DNA of 64,000 bases from an uncultured delta proteobacterium (lineage in GTDB: Bacteria > Desulfobacterota > Binatia > Binatales > Binataceae). The position numbers and the translations under genes were made by a program. The notes under the pieces are model-generated. The model was given only the letters and a program-made list of their open reading frames with translations, searched no databases and was not told the DNA's origin. The stretch is taken from positions 384,001 to 448,000 of the forward strand of contig CAWCDG010000004.1 of NCBI GenBank assembly GCA_963794325.1. The letters are read 5' to 3'. Of this stretch, positions 49,797 to 59,963 are shown one piece after another (positions within the stretch are counted from its first letter, which is position 1; the number at the start of each line of letters is the position of its first letter).

Positions 49797-49997
49797 TTAG
49801 TGCGAGGTCATATGGAGCATGCAATGCGCGCCCATGCCGTGGCTGCCGCCGCTGCAGCAGGAGGCGCTCGGGCAGCAGCCCTGCTTTTTCACGCAGCATT
49901 CAGGCGTATCAGACGCGCGCGTGCCGCTCGCGGCGTTCATTGCGAACGGCGTGACCATCACGGTCGCGAGAATTGCCATCCATGCGAGTTTTCTCAT
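49797..49997 (-). CDS. Small secreted Cys/His/Met-rich peptide
   Basis: GGAGG SD; signal peptide followed by ECCVKKQGCCPSASCCSGGSHGMGAHCMLHMTSH. Confidence 0.7.
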   Translation of the reverse strand: MRKLAWMAILATVMVTPFAMNAASGTRASDTPECCVKKQGCCPSASCCSGGSHGMGAHCMLHMTSH

Positions 49998-50022
49998 GAT
50001 GAAGTTCCCTCCGGGTTGACGT

Positions 50023-50991
50023 TTAGCGTCGATAAGAACGTGCTTCGACGGTCGAGCCGACGTCGCCGCCGCCGAATATCTCGCGCCATCCCTTGCGCCG
50101 GCGGCCGCCGGGCAATCGCGCGCCCATCCGCTGCAAGTGCGTCTCGAGAATCTGCTTGAGTTCCTCGTTAAGCCGCTCTATCTCGACTTCTTCGGGCATC
50201 CGGGGCCGCGCCTGACCTTCGGTGATGTTGCCGCGCCGGCGCCCGTAGAGCTGTTGCAACCGCAGCTCCGCCTTCGCGAACATCGCTTTGTACTTGTAGT
50301 CGAGCCTGCTGAGCGCATCGGTCATCGCGGCCAACTCGACGAACCTGCGCCGCATCCGCCACCATTCGAACATCGTCAGGAGCATCACGCCGAACATGAT
50401 CGCCGCAAAGATGCCGAGGCTGACCGCGGTCGCCTTCCACCATGGCAGAATCTTCACCGAACTTTGCAAATCCTGGTTTTCGCCGGTCAGCTCCTGAACC
50501 TGCGTCTGGAGCGTTTTGACCTGCTCCTGCGCAGAATCGGACTTCTGCTCCGCCGCCTGCTGCTGCGCGCTCAGCGTCTCGACCTGCGACCTGAGGTTGG
50601 AAACCTCGGTGGTGAAGGGATGCGGAATCTTCAGCACCTCGTCAACCTGCAGCTCGTCATCAACATGCATCCGGTTGGCGTGGGCAATCTCGTCGGGCGT
50701 GACACCGAACATCTGGGCAATGTTGCCGACCGTATCGCCGGAGCGCACCGTGTACGGAATGACGTTGGCGGGCTTGACTGGCTTGGGCGCCGATTCGTCC
50801 GCGGGCTCTGCCGTAGCGTCGGACGGGTCAGTCGCGGTGGACGGGCGCACCACTCGTGAGGGCGGCGACGACGGCGGTATCGTGCTCTCGTTGATGCCGT
50901 CCTGTGCGAACGCAAGCCCGTATCCGGCAACGATAAACGTCACCACGAGGGCAAGTCTGGAAAAAGTTGACCTGTACCGTCGGGCGCTCAT
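50023..50991 (-). CDS. LysM domain + coiled-coil + TM protein
   Basis: YTVRSGDTVGNIAQMFGVTPDEIAHAN..LKIP. Confidence 0.9.
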   Translation of the reverse strand: MSARRYRSTFSRLALVVTFIVAGYGLAFAQDGINESTIPPSSPPSRVVRPSTATDPSDATAEPADESAPKPVKPANVIPYTVRSGDTVGNIAQMFGVTPDEIAHANRMHVDDELQVDEVLKIPHPFTTEVSNLRSQVETLSAQQQAAEQKSDSAQEQVKTLQTQVQELTGENQDLQSSVKILPWWKATAVSLGIFAAIMFGVMLLTMFEWWRMRRRFVELAAMTDALSRLDYKYKAMFAKAELRLQQLYGRRRGNITEGQARPRMPEEVEIERLNEELKQILETHLQRMGARLPGGRRRKGWREIFGGGDVGSTVEARSYRR

Positions 50992-51085
50992 GATTGAACC
51001 CTTCGCCTGCGAACTGCTTCCAGTATCTATCAGATTCCGGTCACGGTCTAGGATGTAGCAACCATGCTATGTTGCTCTGGTTTCA

Positions 51086-51207
51086 GTGGGGCGGGCCGCC
51101 GTGCCCGCCTCTCCCTCATGGTTGAAGTTCTTTAGAAATAAGTTGAGTCATTCGTCGGTAAGCGTGGACGCGGACGCGTCGATGGCGGGCACGGCGGCCC
51201 GCCCCAC
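51086..51207. repeat. Family-E REP doublet (perfect 24-bp inverted repeats)
   Basis: GTGGGGCGGGCCGCCGTGCCCGCC (51086-51109) and its exact reverse complement (51184-51207). Confidence 0.85.
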
Positions 51208-52172
51208 TATAGATGCAGCGCGGCATAAGCAGCGCCCACCACACCACCCTGCGGACCCAGCGCAGCGCGCACGATTTTTGCTTGCGAGGCGATCGCCGTA
51301 AACGCTCGCTCACGCACCTGCGCATTCATGGTTTTGCGCATGTAGGGCAGCGCGCCGGCAACCCCGCCTCCAATCACGACCAGCTCGGGGTTGAAGATAT
51401 TGAGAAACGACGCGATCGCGATTCCCAGGTAGTGACCGGCGGTCGCAAAAGCCTCGAGCGCGAGCCGGTCGCCACGGCGAGCCAAGGCGGACAGTCCTCG
51501 CACCGAGAAATTTTTTTCAGAATCGACGATTTGCGCTGGTAGTGGCGACCCCGGTGGCAGGCCAAGGCGTGTTTCGACCAAACCCCGCAGGCCGGACGCC
51601 GAGGCGTAAGACTCGAGGCATCCGTGCGATCCGCAATCGCATGGCGGTCCGTCGGGATTGACCGTCACGTGGCCCAATTCGCCCGCCATACCGGTCAACC
51701 CGTGAACCAGCTTGCCCCCGACGATCAGCCCGCCGCCGACGCCGGTGCCGAGCGTCAGCAGCACGACGTCGCGACGTCCGCGCGCAGCACCGCGCCAGTA
51801 TTCGCCGAGCGCCCAGGCGTTGGCGTCATTGTCGACGACCACCTTGCGGCCGATCAGTTCTTCGAGCTTGTTGCGCAGCGGGTATCCGCGCCATGCGGCG
51901 ACATGCGGCGCCTGCATCACGGTGCCGGTGTGAACGTTGAGCGGCCCGGGGACGGCGACTCCGATCGCGCGAGGAGAGCCGAGTCCGCGCCGGCGCGCGG
52001 TGTCGAGCAGATGAAGGGTTTGCACGGCGATATTTTCAGCGACGTCGCCGGCCTTGCGCGATGCGAGCGACGGGCCGTGCTCAATCATTAAGACATCGCC
52101 GGTGACGGATACGGCTGCGCATCGGATATTGGTGCCACCCATATCCAGCCCGACCGCCCATGCCCGCGTCAT
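51207..52172 (-). CDS. ROK family sugar kinase (glucokinase-like)
   Basis: GLDMGGTN, DNDANA, LTLGTGVGGG, GELGH, CDCGSHGCLE. Confidence 0.93.
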   Translation of the reverse strand: MTRAWAVGLDMGGTNIRCAAVSVTGDVLMIEHGPSLASRKAGDVAENIAVQTLHLLDTARRRGLGSPRAIGVAVPGPLNVHTGTVMQAPHVAAWRGYPLRNKLEELIGRKVVVDNDANAWALGEYWRGAARGRRDVVLLTLGTGVGGGLIVGGKLVHGLTGMAGELGHVTVNPDGPPCDCGSHGCLESYASASGLRGLVETRLGLPPGSPLPAQIVDSEKNFSVRGLSALARRGDRLALEAFATAGHYLGIAIASFLNIFNPELVVIGGGVAGALPYMRKTMNAQVRERAFTAIASQAKIVRAALGPQGGVVGAAYAALHL

Positions 52173-53029
52173 TTTCCGGATGCGCCCGGGAATTTCATAA
52201 AGGCGAGATATTCGCGATTTCCTGCTGCGCCTTCGATCGGTGACTCGAGCGTACCAACCACGTCGAGGCCGGTCTTCTGCGCAAACTCGACGATGCCCGC
52301 GACCGCTTCGCGCCGCAGCTTTTCGTCCTTGACCACGCCGCCCTTGCCCACCTTGCCCTTGCCGACTTCGAACTGCGGCTTGATCAGCGCGACAAGCTCA
52401 GTACGCGGCGCGACCAGCGCCAGCACCGCTGGAATCACCAAACGCAACGAGATGAAGCTGGTGTCGATCGTCACGAGCTCGGGCACGTGCGGCAAGTCGG
52501 TCGGCGAGGCGAGGCGAATATTCATGCGGTCGAGCACGGTGACGCGCGGATCTTCGCGCAGCTTGAGCACGAGCTGGCCGTAGCCGACGTCCATCGCGAT
52601 GACGGCCTTGGCGCCGCGGCGCAGCAGCACGTCGGTGAAGCCGCCGGTCGATGCGCCGACGTCCATCGCGAGCTTGCCTTCGACCGAGATGCCGAAATGC
52701 TCGAGCGCGGCGATCAGCTTGTAGGCTCCCCGCGACGCGAATTGCGGCGCACCGGCCATCAGATCGATCGGCGTTTCGGAATCGACCTTGAGATCAGCTT
52801 TGTAGGCCGGACGCGAGTTAACGCGGACGCGTCCCGCCATTATCAGGCGCTGCGCGATTTCGCGGCTGTCGGCCAGACCGCGGCGCGCCATTTCGGCGTC
52901 GAGCCGGAAGCGGGCCAGCGGTGCGGAGGCGCGCCGGGTCCTGGTTTTAGGCTTGGGACTCGCGCCGGAACCGTTGTTAGAAGGGTGTTTCGTCGTCGTC
53001 CTTTTCGCCGGCGGAGTTTTCGTTTTCAT
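52169..53029 (-). CDS. tlyA: TlyA family rRNA methyltransferase
   Basis: RLD S4 domain, ASRGAYKL, DVGASTGGFTD, DVGYGQL, SFISL, LIKPQFE, GNREY. Start uncertain. Confidence 0.95.
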   Translation of the reverse strand: MKTKTPPAKRTTTKHPSNNGSGASPKPKTRTRRASAPLARFRLDAEMARRGLADSREIAQRLIMAGRVRVNSRPAYKADLKVDSETPIDLMAGAPQFASRGAYKLIAALEHFGISVEGKLAMDVGASTGGFTDVLLRRGAKAVIAMDVGYGQLVLKLREDPRVTVLDRMNIRLASPTDLPHVPELVTIDTSFISLRLVIPAVLALVAPRTELVALIKPQFEVGKGKVGKGGVVKDEKLRREAVAGIVEFAQKTGLDVVGTLESPIEGAAGNREYLAFMKFPGASGK

Positions 53030-53264
53030 TCTCAGACGATGGTTCGAAGGGCGCCGTGCGCAGTTCGCCGCCGGCGCTCCGCGTTAGCAATTCGACCTTG
53101 CGCTCGACTTCGTCCAGTTTCCCATTGAGCGCCTTCACCAGCATCACGCCGCGTTCGAAGGCTCCGATCGATTCCTCCAGCGTGAGCGCGCCCGAATCGA
53201 TCTGACTGACAATCGTTTCCAACTCCTTGAGCTCATCTTCAAATTTTTTCGTCTTCGTAGTCAT
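52977..53264 (-). CDS. xseB: Exodeoxyribonuclease VII small subunit
   Basis: FEDELKELETIV..LEESIGAFERG..ERKVELL. Confidence 0.93.
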   Translation of the reverse strand: MTTKTKKFEDELKELETIVSQIDSGALTLEESIGAFERGVMLVKALNGKLDEVERKVELLTRSAGGELRTAPFEPSSENENENSAGEKDDDETPF

Positions 53265-53279
53265 CCAGGGCTGCTGCTT

Positions 53280-54635
53280 CTATAAGGGCCGGCCGGTCGC
53301 GCGCGCAGTGAGCCGCCCTTTCGCCAGCCTGATATCCAGCTCGTCGTCGAACTTCACCGTCGCGGGGTCGAGCACCGCGCGCGAACTTGTTTTGTTGATC
53401 ACCACGGCATAGCCGCGATCGAGAACTTTCAGCGGCGACAATGCGTCCAGCCGGCCCGCATCCGCGCCGAGCTGGCGCCGCTTGGCTTCCAGAGCCGACG
53501 CAACGCCATGCACAAGATTGTTGCGGAGCCTCGTGGTACGAAGGCGCAGGTCGCGCACGGTCGCATCCGGACTGCGGAGACGCAGTCGCAACTCGCGGAC
53601 ACTGCGGCGTCCTTCGGCGATTCGCGACGACACCGCATCGGCGAGTTCCGCGCCGACTCCGACGACGCGTTCGCGCGCCTCGGCGACGATGCTGCCGGGA
53701 TGGCGGATGCGCTCCGCCAAATCGTCCACCGATTCGCGACGGCCCGAGAGTTCGCGCGCCATCACGCTCGCGAGCGACGCGCCGAGCGATTCGACGCGTT
53801 CCTTCAATTCGACGAGGCTTGGCACGACCGTCTGCGCAGCCGCCGTGGGAGTTGGCGCGCGCAAGTCGGCGACGAAATCCGCGATCGTGTAATCGACCTC
53901 GTGGCCCACCGCGGAAATAACCGGAATCAACGATCGGAAAATCGCGCGGGCGACGACTTCTTCGTTGAATGCCCACAAATCTTCGAGCGAACCGCCACCG
54001 CGTCCGACGATCAGGACTTCGGCGCGGCCGTCGCGATTGAGGTCGGCGATCGCGTCGGCGATTTCCTGCGCGGAGCCGTCGCCCTGCACTTTTGCCGGCC
54101 GGAAAATCACCTGCACGCTTGGGAATCGATCGAACAAAATGCGCAGCATGTCTCGGAGTCCCGCGCCGCCATGCGCCGTCACGATTCCAATCCGTCGCGG
54201 CAGGAACGGTATCGCGCGTTTGCGTGCGCGATCGAACAGTCCTTCGACTTCGAGCCGCCGCTTCAACTGCTCGAATGCGACCTGCAAGGCGCCGACGCCG
54301 CGCGGTTCCATCTCCTCGGCGTAAAGTTGCAGCGCGCCGCGTTGCTCGAAAATCTGCACGCGGCCGCGAACGATTACTTCCATCCCATCGACGACTTTGA
54401 AGCGCATCCGCTGATACGCCGACTTGAACATCACTACGTTGATCGCACTGCGGGCGTCCTTGAGCGTGAAATACAAATGATTCGACGGCGCCAGGCGCGC
54501 ATTCGAGATCTCGCCAACCACCCATCCCTCGCCGAGGCCCGCGTCAAGCGTGTCGCGAACCATGCGCACCAGGTCCGATACGGTAATCAGGCCTGTGCGA
54601 TTCCCGCGCAAAGAAAGATTGAGCTGCCCCGCCAT
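53280..54635 (-). CDS. xseA: Exodeoxyribonuclease VII large subunit
   Basis: VGEISN..HLYFTLKD, GRGGGSLEDLWAFNEE, SAVGHEVD, RAPTPTAAA, LDRGYA. Confidence 0.97.
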   Translation of the reverse strand: MAGQLNLSLRGNRTGLITVSDLVRMVRDTLDAGLGEGWVVGEISNARLAPSNHLYFTLKDARSAINVVMFKSAYQRMRFKVVDGMEVIVRGRVQIFEQRGALQLYAEEMEPRGVGALQVAFEQLKRRLEVEGLFDRARKRAIPFLPRRIGIVTAHGGAGLRDMLRILFDRFPSVQVIFRPAKVQGDGSAQEIADAIADLNRDGRAEVLIVGRGGGSLEDLWAFNEEVVARAIFRSLIPVISAVGHEVDYTIADFVADLRAPTPTAAAQTVVPSLVELKERVESLGASLASVMARELSGRRESVDDLAERIRHPGSIVAEARERVVGVGAELADAVSSRIAEGRRSVRELRLRLRSPDATVRDLRLRTTRLRNNLVHGVASALEAKRRQLGADAGRLDALSPLKVLDRGYAVVINKTSSRAVLDPATVKFDDELDIRLAKGRLTARATGRPL

Positions 54636-54683
54636 TATTCGCTTAGCTTATCAGAACGAGTTGCCGGAGACCTATATGGCGCA

Positions 54684-55250
54684 TTAGACGAGCTTTTCGA
54701 CGATCGACCTTGCTAGAGGCTCGCGATGGCGCATCCGGCCGAGGTATCGAGCCTTCACGATTTGCTGCGGCGACTCATCGTCGACCGCGGTAGTTCTGTC
54801 GCAATCGCAGAGAATGTAGCCGGCGACGCTGAGTCCTCGATTGTCGCATCGATCGAGCACTAGCTTCGTAGCTTCAGCGCATCGGGGACGATTCCCTACC
54901 ACCACGATCACTTCTAGATTGAGCATCGCGGCCAAGTCGGCGAAATCGAGTAGCTCTGTGCTTTCGACCAGCACGACGTCATTTTGCGCGGCGATTTCGT
55001 TGAAGCATCGCGAGATGTGCGACAAGTTGGGCGCGGCCGAGCTGTTGTGATACGGACAAATCAGGTCCGTCGGCAGAACCGAACCGACTGCGAGCGCCAG
55101 TGCTTGCGCATCCTCCGATCCGAGCGTGTCGGCCGGTTTCATCACACCGACGCGCAATCGGCGGGCGCGCATCGCGAATCCGAGCGCGCATCCGATTGTA
55201 GTCTTACCGACGCGCGCGCCAGTTCCAGTGATTAGAAATCGTCGCGCCAT
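54684..55250 (-). CDS. Dethiobiotin synthase-like P-loop protein (divergent)
   Basis: ITGTGARVGKTT, VMKP, DVVLVE. Shorter than canonical BioD and lacks EGAGG. Confidence 0.7.
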   Translation of the reverse strand: MARRFLITGTGARVGKTTIGCALGFAMRARRLRVGVMKPADTLGSEDAQALALAVGSVLPTDLICPYHNSSAAPNLSHISRCFNEIAAQNDVVLVESTELLDFADLAAMLNLEVIVVVGNRPRCAEATKLVLDRCDNRGLSVAGYILCDCDRTTAVDDESPQQIVKARYLGRMRHREPLARSIVEKLV

Positions 55251-55327
55251 AGCGTGATCAGCCTGCATATTGAAGCTACCATCTACCCGATGCTTGCGAT
55301 GCAGAGTCGCTGGAGGGAGGAATTCAA

Positions 55328-55855
55328 ATGACTAGTGCTAACGCCCCCGTAATCGAGAAATGGGAACGGCAGCGCATCCGCCACGTCCATCGCCACAAGC
55401 CCGTTATCAATATCAACCGGGTTGACGCCGAGAAGCTCACCACCGGTCAGCGGGTCGCGGATCGCCTGGCAACGGTGATGGGCAGTTGGGCGTTCATCAT
55501 CATACAGTCGATCGTCCTGGCGTTCTGGATCGCCCTGAACGTCGTCGCGTACATCAATCATTGGGATCCTTACCCGTTCATCCTGCTGAACCTGGCGCTG
55601 AGTTTTCAGGCTGCGTACGCCGCGCCGATTATCATGATGTCGCAGAATCGGCAGGCTGCGAAGGACCGGCTGATGGCCGAGCAGGATTACGAGATAAATC
55701 TCAAGGCCGAGGACGAGCTGAAATCAATCATGAACCATCTCGAGCAGCAGGACGAGGTGATGCTCGACATTCTGCGCCGGATGGAAGGGCAGCATCAGGT
55801 GATCATGGGCACGCTCGGCGCAACCGTTCCGGACGGCAATGCCGCGCCTGCGTGA
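55328..55855 (+). CDS. DUF1003 membrane protein
   Basis: GQRVAD..GSWAFI, DPYPFILLNL..AAPIIMMSQNRQ. Confidence 0.95.
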   Translation: MTSANAPVIEKWERQRIRHVHRHKPVININRVDAEKLTTGQRVADRLATVMGSWAFIIIQSIVLAFWIALNVVAYINHWDPYPFILLNLALSFQAAYAAPIIMMSQNRQAAKDRLMAEQDYEINLKAEDELKSIMNHLEQQDEVMLDILRRMEGQHQVIMGTLGATVPDGNAAPA

Positions 55856-55891
55856 AAAAAAAGCGCCGGACATCGTCATGATGCCCGGCGC
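55855..55891 (-). terminator. Terminator downstream of ctpA
   Basis: GCGCCGG-CATC..GATG-CCGGCGC hairpin with a T8 run on the minus strand. Confidence 0.7.
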
Positions 55892-55913
55892 GTCGCGAAC
55901 TCTTCGGTTGCTA

Positions 55914-57353
55914 CTAGTCGCCTTTTGACTTGCTGGTTTCGGTGGCCGACGCGGACTGCAATTCGCCCTTGGCCAGCTGGAGCTTGAACGTGTTCCAATG
56001 CTTCAGGATGTCGATCGCACGATCGAGCTGCACGTCCTTTTCCTCTTTGGCCTTGGCATTCTTCGCGCCTTTCGCGCCCGGCGCCTTGTCGCCCTTGTCG
56101 GTTCCTGGAGCGGACGCGCCGGTATCGCCAGTCGCCGGGCTGCCGTCCTTCTTCTGCCCGTTCTGGAAATGATGCGGCAGATCTCTCTCATGGATTTCCG
56201 GGTTCTCGTCGAACTCGCCGCCTTCCTGGGTTATCGATGCGATCGTTTCCTTGGGCGGCGCGACATCGACATCCGGCGTGATTCCCACGGCCTGAATCGA
56301 GCGGCCGGCTGGAGTGTAGTAGCGCGCCGTCGTCAGGCGCAGCGCCGAATGATCGTCGAGCGGTAGAATCGTCTGCACCGAGCCTTTGCCGAAGGTCTGC
56401 GTGCCGAGAATCACGGCGCGCTTCTGATCCTGCAACGCACCGGCCACGATTTCACTCGCGCTGGCACTGCCGCCGTTCACGATCACTACCATCGGATAAT
56501 CGACGAAATCTTTCTTCTTGTGCGAGAAGTATTTCTGCTGCTGATTCTCCTCGCGTCCCTGCGTGTAAACGATCAGTCCGCCGTCGAGAAAATCATCGGA
56601 GACTTTCACCGCCTGGTTCAGCAATCCTCCGGGATTGTCGCGCAGGTCGAATACGATTCCCTTGATCTTGCCGTGGTCCTTCGCTTCGAAATCGTCGATC
56701 GCCTTCTCGACGCCGTCACCCGTATTCTCCTGGAACGTGGTGACGCGGATGTAACCGTAGCCCTCTGGCAGCATCTTCGCCTTGACCGACTGAATCTTGA
56801 TGACGTCGCGCGCGAGCGTCACGGTGAACAGCTCGGGCACGCCGTTGCGATGCAGCGTCAGCTTGATCTTGCTGCCCTTGGGGCCGCGCATCCGCTTGAC
56901 CGCATCGGTAAGCGACATGTCTTTGGTGAAGTCGTCGTCGATCTTGATTATCTGATCGCCGGCTTTAAGCCCGGCACGATACGCCGGCGTGTCTTCGATC
57001 GGCGCAACCACCGTCAGCGCGCCATTCTTGATCGTTATCTCGATTCCGAGACCGCCGAAGCTGCCGCGTGTCTCAACCTCGAGGTCGCGATACAGGTCGG
57101 GCGTCAGGTACGCGCTATGCGGGTCGAGCGACGCCAGCATCCCGCTGATCGCGCCGTCGATCAGCTTCTTGGTGGTGACCGGCTCGACGTAGTTTTTCTG
57201 CACGATTGCGAGCACGCTCGCGAATGTGTCGAGCTCCTGGTAGGTGTCGTTCGAAAGCGCCTGAGCTCGCCGCACGGCGACCTCCTGCAGCACTACGAAA
57301 CAGGAGACCAGGCAGACCGCCAATGTGATCGACCATCGATGTCTTTTAATCAT
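55914..57353 (-). CDS. ctpA: S41 carboxyl-terminal processing protease
   Basis: LDPHS, GLGIEI PDZ, DLRDNPGG, SASASEI, TFGKGSVQ, GITPD. Confidence 0.95.
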   Translation of the reverse strand: MIKRHRWSITLAVCLVSCFVVLQEVAVRRAQALSNDTYQELDTFASVLAIVQKNYVEPVTTKKLIDGAISGMLASLDPHSAYLTPDLYRDLEVETRGSFGGLGIEITIKNGALTVVAPIEDTPAYRAGLKAGDQIIKIDDDFTKDMSLTDAVKRMRGPKGSKIKLTLHRNGVPELFTVTLARDVIKIQSVKAKMLPEGYGYIRVTTFQENTGDGVEKAIDDFEAKDHGKIKGIVFDLRDNPGGLLNQAVKVSDDFLDGGLIVYTQGREENQQQKYFSHKKKDFVDYPMVVIVNGGSASASEIVAGALQDQKRAVILGTQTFGKGSVQTILPLDDHSALRLTTARYYTPAGRSIQAVGITPDVDVAPPKETIASITQEGGEFDENPEIHERDLPHHFQNGQKKDGSPATGDTGASAPGTDKGDKAPGAKGAKNAKAKEEKDVQLDRAIDILKHWNTFKLQLAKGELQSASATETSKSKGD

Positions 57354-57469
57354 GGAAATTTACTGCTGCCGCCCGAGAAAACGTAATTTGTGAGTTGTTC
57401 ATTAAAGCAGATGCCGCACTCTGATGCATACGGTCGCGACACCCGCCCGGTTACCGCTAAATCTCTCTT

Positions 57470-58048
57470 TTATCCCTTTTTTGAATTCAGCAACTGCTGC
57501 AATGCGTCTCTGACGTCGGGCCGCGACCAGTCAAACGCGCCCATATGATGCGCGACAATCTGCCCTTTGCGATCGATTATGAACGTCTCGGGCACCCCGC
57601 TCACGTCGTAAGTCTCGCCGATCTTGTTCTCCGGGTCGAGCAGAATTGTGAAGTGATACCCGTTCTTCGCGACATACGGCGCCACCGCCGCGCGGCCTTT
57701 CGTGTCCTGGCTGACCGCGAGCATCACGAAATCCTTATTGGTCTTGAAACTGTCATACAAAGTCTGCATCGACGGCATTTCCTCGCGGCACGGCTCGCAC
57801 CACGTCGCCCATACGTTCAGAAAAACCACTTTGCCGCGCAGCGATTCGAGCGAGACCGTCGTCCCGTCCAGTTTCTCGAGTTTGAAATCCGCGGCCTGGC
57901 TGCCGGCCGCCACTGGAGCATCTGATTGTTCGGAATTAACCCCGATGCGCGCGCCGCGATGACCGCTCAGCACGACCAGCGCGAGCCCCGTCATCACGAC
58001 GATTCCCGCGACCAGGTAGAGGATTCGGTCCTTGATCTCCATCGGCAT
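57470..58048 (-). CDS. TlpA/ResA disulfide reductase
   Basis: NVWATWCEPCREEMP, GVPETFIID. Confidence 0.95.
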   Translation of the reverse strand: MPMEIKDRILYLVAGIVVMTGLALVVLSGHRGARIGVNSEQSDAPVAAGSQAADFKLEKLDGTTVSLESLRGKVVFLNVWATWCEPCREEMPSMQTLYDSFKTNKDFVMLAVSQDTKGRAAVAPYVAKNGYHFTILLDPENKIGETYDVSGVPETFIIDRKGQIVAHHMGAFDWSRPDVRDALQQLLNSKKG

Positions 58049-58932
58049 CAGGCCTGCGCCGCGCTCATCGCCGGGCGACTTTCTTTCTCGCCGGGCTGCT
58101 GACCGCTCACCACCTGATCTTTTTCCCTGGTTATAAGCAGCGCGATTCCCCCGATGACCATCATCGCAAACGCAATCAACTGCGCCTCACTGAACATATA
58201 GAAAACTCGTGGATTGATTCGCCAGAACTCAACGAAGAAACGTGCGGCTCCCCCGAGCAGCAGATACCAGTACATGATGCGGCCCGCGGGATGAGACGTT
58301 TTGCGCATCGACCACAGTATTGCAAACACGCCGAGATACAGAATGGTTTCGTAAATCGGCGCGGGATGCACCCGAACGTTGAGGCAGTCCGCGAGATTCG
58401 TGCACGCCGGCACCAACTGATAGTGATCGCCCAGTTTTAATACCGTCTGCGGATTCCAGCCAACGATCGCGTGCGGATAAGACATCGCCCATGGCACGTT
58501 GGACGCCAGGCCCCAATCGCCATCGCCGGAAAGCTGGCATCCGAGCCGGCCGATTGCCTGCCCGACCGCGAGCGCCGGCCCGCACATGTCCATCGTCACG
58601 CCGAGCCCGATCCGATACCAGCGGGAGACGAGGTAAGCGCCAAGCAGTCCGCCAATCATGCCGCCGTAAAATACGAAACCCGAGCCGGAAAAAATCATCG
58701 ACTTGGGATCGGCGAGGTAGGTCGGCAAGTCGTCGAGAATGGCGTAGATGCGCGATCCGATCAGCCCGGCGACTGCGGCCGCAATCACGATAGACGACGA
58801 ATATTCGGGATCGAGGCCGCGCCGGACACATTCGAGGCGTATAACGTAGTCGGCGGCCAGGAATCCCAGCGCCATCATCAGGCCGTAACTGTAAACGGTC
58901 AGCGGGCCCAGGTGGAACAAGACAGGAATCAT
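58048..58932 (-). CDS. lgt: Prolipoprotein diacylglyceryl transferase
   Basis: YSYGLM, FYGG, GQAIGRLGC, HPAPIYE, RFFVEFWR. Confidence 0.95.
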   Translation of the reverse strand: MIPVLFHLGPLTVYSYGLMMALGFLAADYVIRLECVRRGLDPEYSSSIVIAAAVAGLIGSRIYAILDDLPTYLADPKSMIFSGSGFVFYGGMIGGLLGAYLVSRWYRIGLGVTMDMCGPALAVGQAIGRLGCQLSGDGDWGLASNVPWAMSYPHAIVGWNPQTVLKLGDHYQLVPACTNLADCLNVRVHPAPIYETILYLGVFAILWSMRKTSHPAGRIMYWYLLLGGAARFFVEFWRINPRVFYMFSEAQLIAFAMMVIGGIALLITREKDQVVSGQQPGEKESRPAMSAAQA

Positions 58933-59033
58933 TGTGGGTCAGATTATAGTACGCGAGCGCCCACGCTGACCACAAAGCTTTTTCGAGGTTGAGGCTGGTG
59001 CGAGCTTGGGGCTCTCTACTATATGACGCAGGT

Positions 59034-59480
59034 ATGCGGGCAGTTGTTCAACGCGTCAGCCGCGCCGAGGTACGAATCGACACTCGCGTCGCCGGGCAAA
59101 TCGCGCGAGGCTTCCTCGTACTGCTGGGCGTCGCTGAAGGAGACAGCGAGGCGGACGCGGCATTCCTGGCAGATCGAATCGTCGGGATGCGCATCTTCGC
59201 CGACGACGCCGGCAAGATGAATCTCTCGCTGTCGCAGGTCAACGGCGCGCTGCTGATTGTGTCGCAGTTCACTTTGATCGCCGACACCAATTCGGGACGC
59301 CGGCCGTCGTTCACCAAAGCTGCTCCGCCCGACGAAGCGCGGCGGCTCTACGATCACTTTCTCTCGCTCGCCCGGATTCGCGGTGTTAAAGTCGAGACAG
59401 GCGAGTTCGGCGCCACGATGGACGTCGAGCTGGTAAACGACGGCCCGGTAACGATCATCCTCGATAGCCGTGAGAAATAA
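59034..59480 (+). CDS. dtd: D-aminoacyl-tRNA deacylase
   Basis: MRAVVQRV, SQFTL, GRRPSF, NDGPVT. Confidence 0.97.
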   Translation: MRAVVQRVSRAEVRIDTRVAGQIARGFLVLLGVAEGDSEADAAFLADRIVGMRIFADDAGKMNLSLSQVNGALLIVSQFTLIADTNSGRRPSFTKAAPPDEARRLYDHFLSLARIRGVKVETGEFGATMDVELVNDGPVTIILDSREK

Positions 59481-59486
59481 GAACTA

Positions 59487-59963
59487 ATGCCGCGCGCAGG
59501 ATTCTATACCGTCGAATCGGGGAAGATCTCGTTTCGTCGCGACGGTAACTGGTACAGCGACGACGAGCGGATTGACAACCCGCGAATCTCGCTGCTTTTC
59601 AGCCAGAGTATCAAGCGCAATCCCGACGGCAGCTACTTTCTGCAAGTCGCCGAAGAACGCGCGTCGATCACCGTCGAGGACACGCCGTACGTCGTCAAGG
59701 CGCTCGAGGACGATGAATTGGGCGGATTCACGATGGTGCTGAACGACGACACTCGCGAGCCGCTCGATCCCGATGCGCTCGAAGTCGGCGCGGGCAACGT
59801 CCTCTATGCGCGGGTCAAGCGCGGAGACGCTCGCGCGCGCTTTCTGCGTTCGGCCTATTACCATCTGAGTGATCGCTTCGAATCCGACGAGGCCGGCCGC
59901 TTCTATATCAACCTCAAGGGGCATCGCTATCCGCTCGCGGGCGCATCTGGATCGAACCCCTGA
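59487..59963 (+). CDS. DUF1285-like protein
   Basis: DGNWY..LFSQSI..ITVEDTPYV..ARFLRSAYYHL. Confidence 0.8.
   Translation: MPRAGFYTVESGKISFRRDGNWYSDDERIDNPRISLLFSQSIKRNPDGSYFLQVAEERASITVEDTPYVVKALEDDELGGFTMVLNDDTREPLDPDALEVGAGNVLYARVKRGDARARFLRSAYYHLSDRFESDEAGRFYINLKGHRYPLAGASGSNP

Noticed and set aside
52169-54635. Absence of ispA/dxs between xseB and tlyA
   Set aside because: Ordinary operon rearrangement; these genes probably lie elsewhere.
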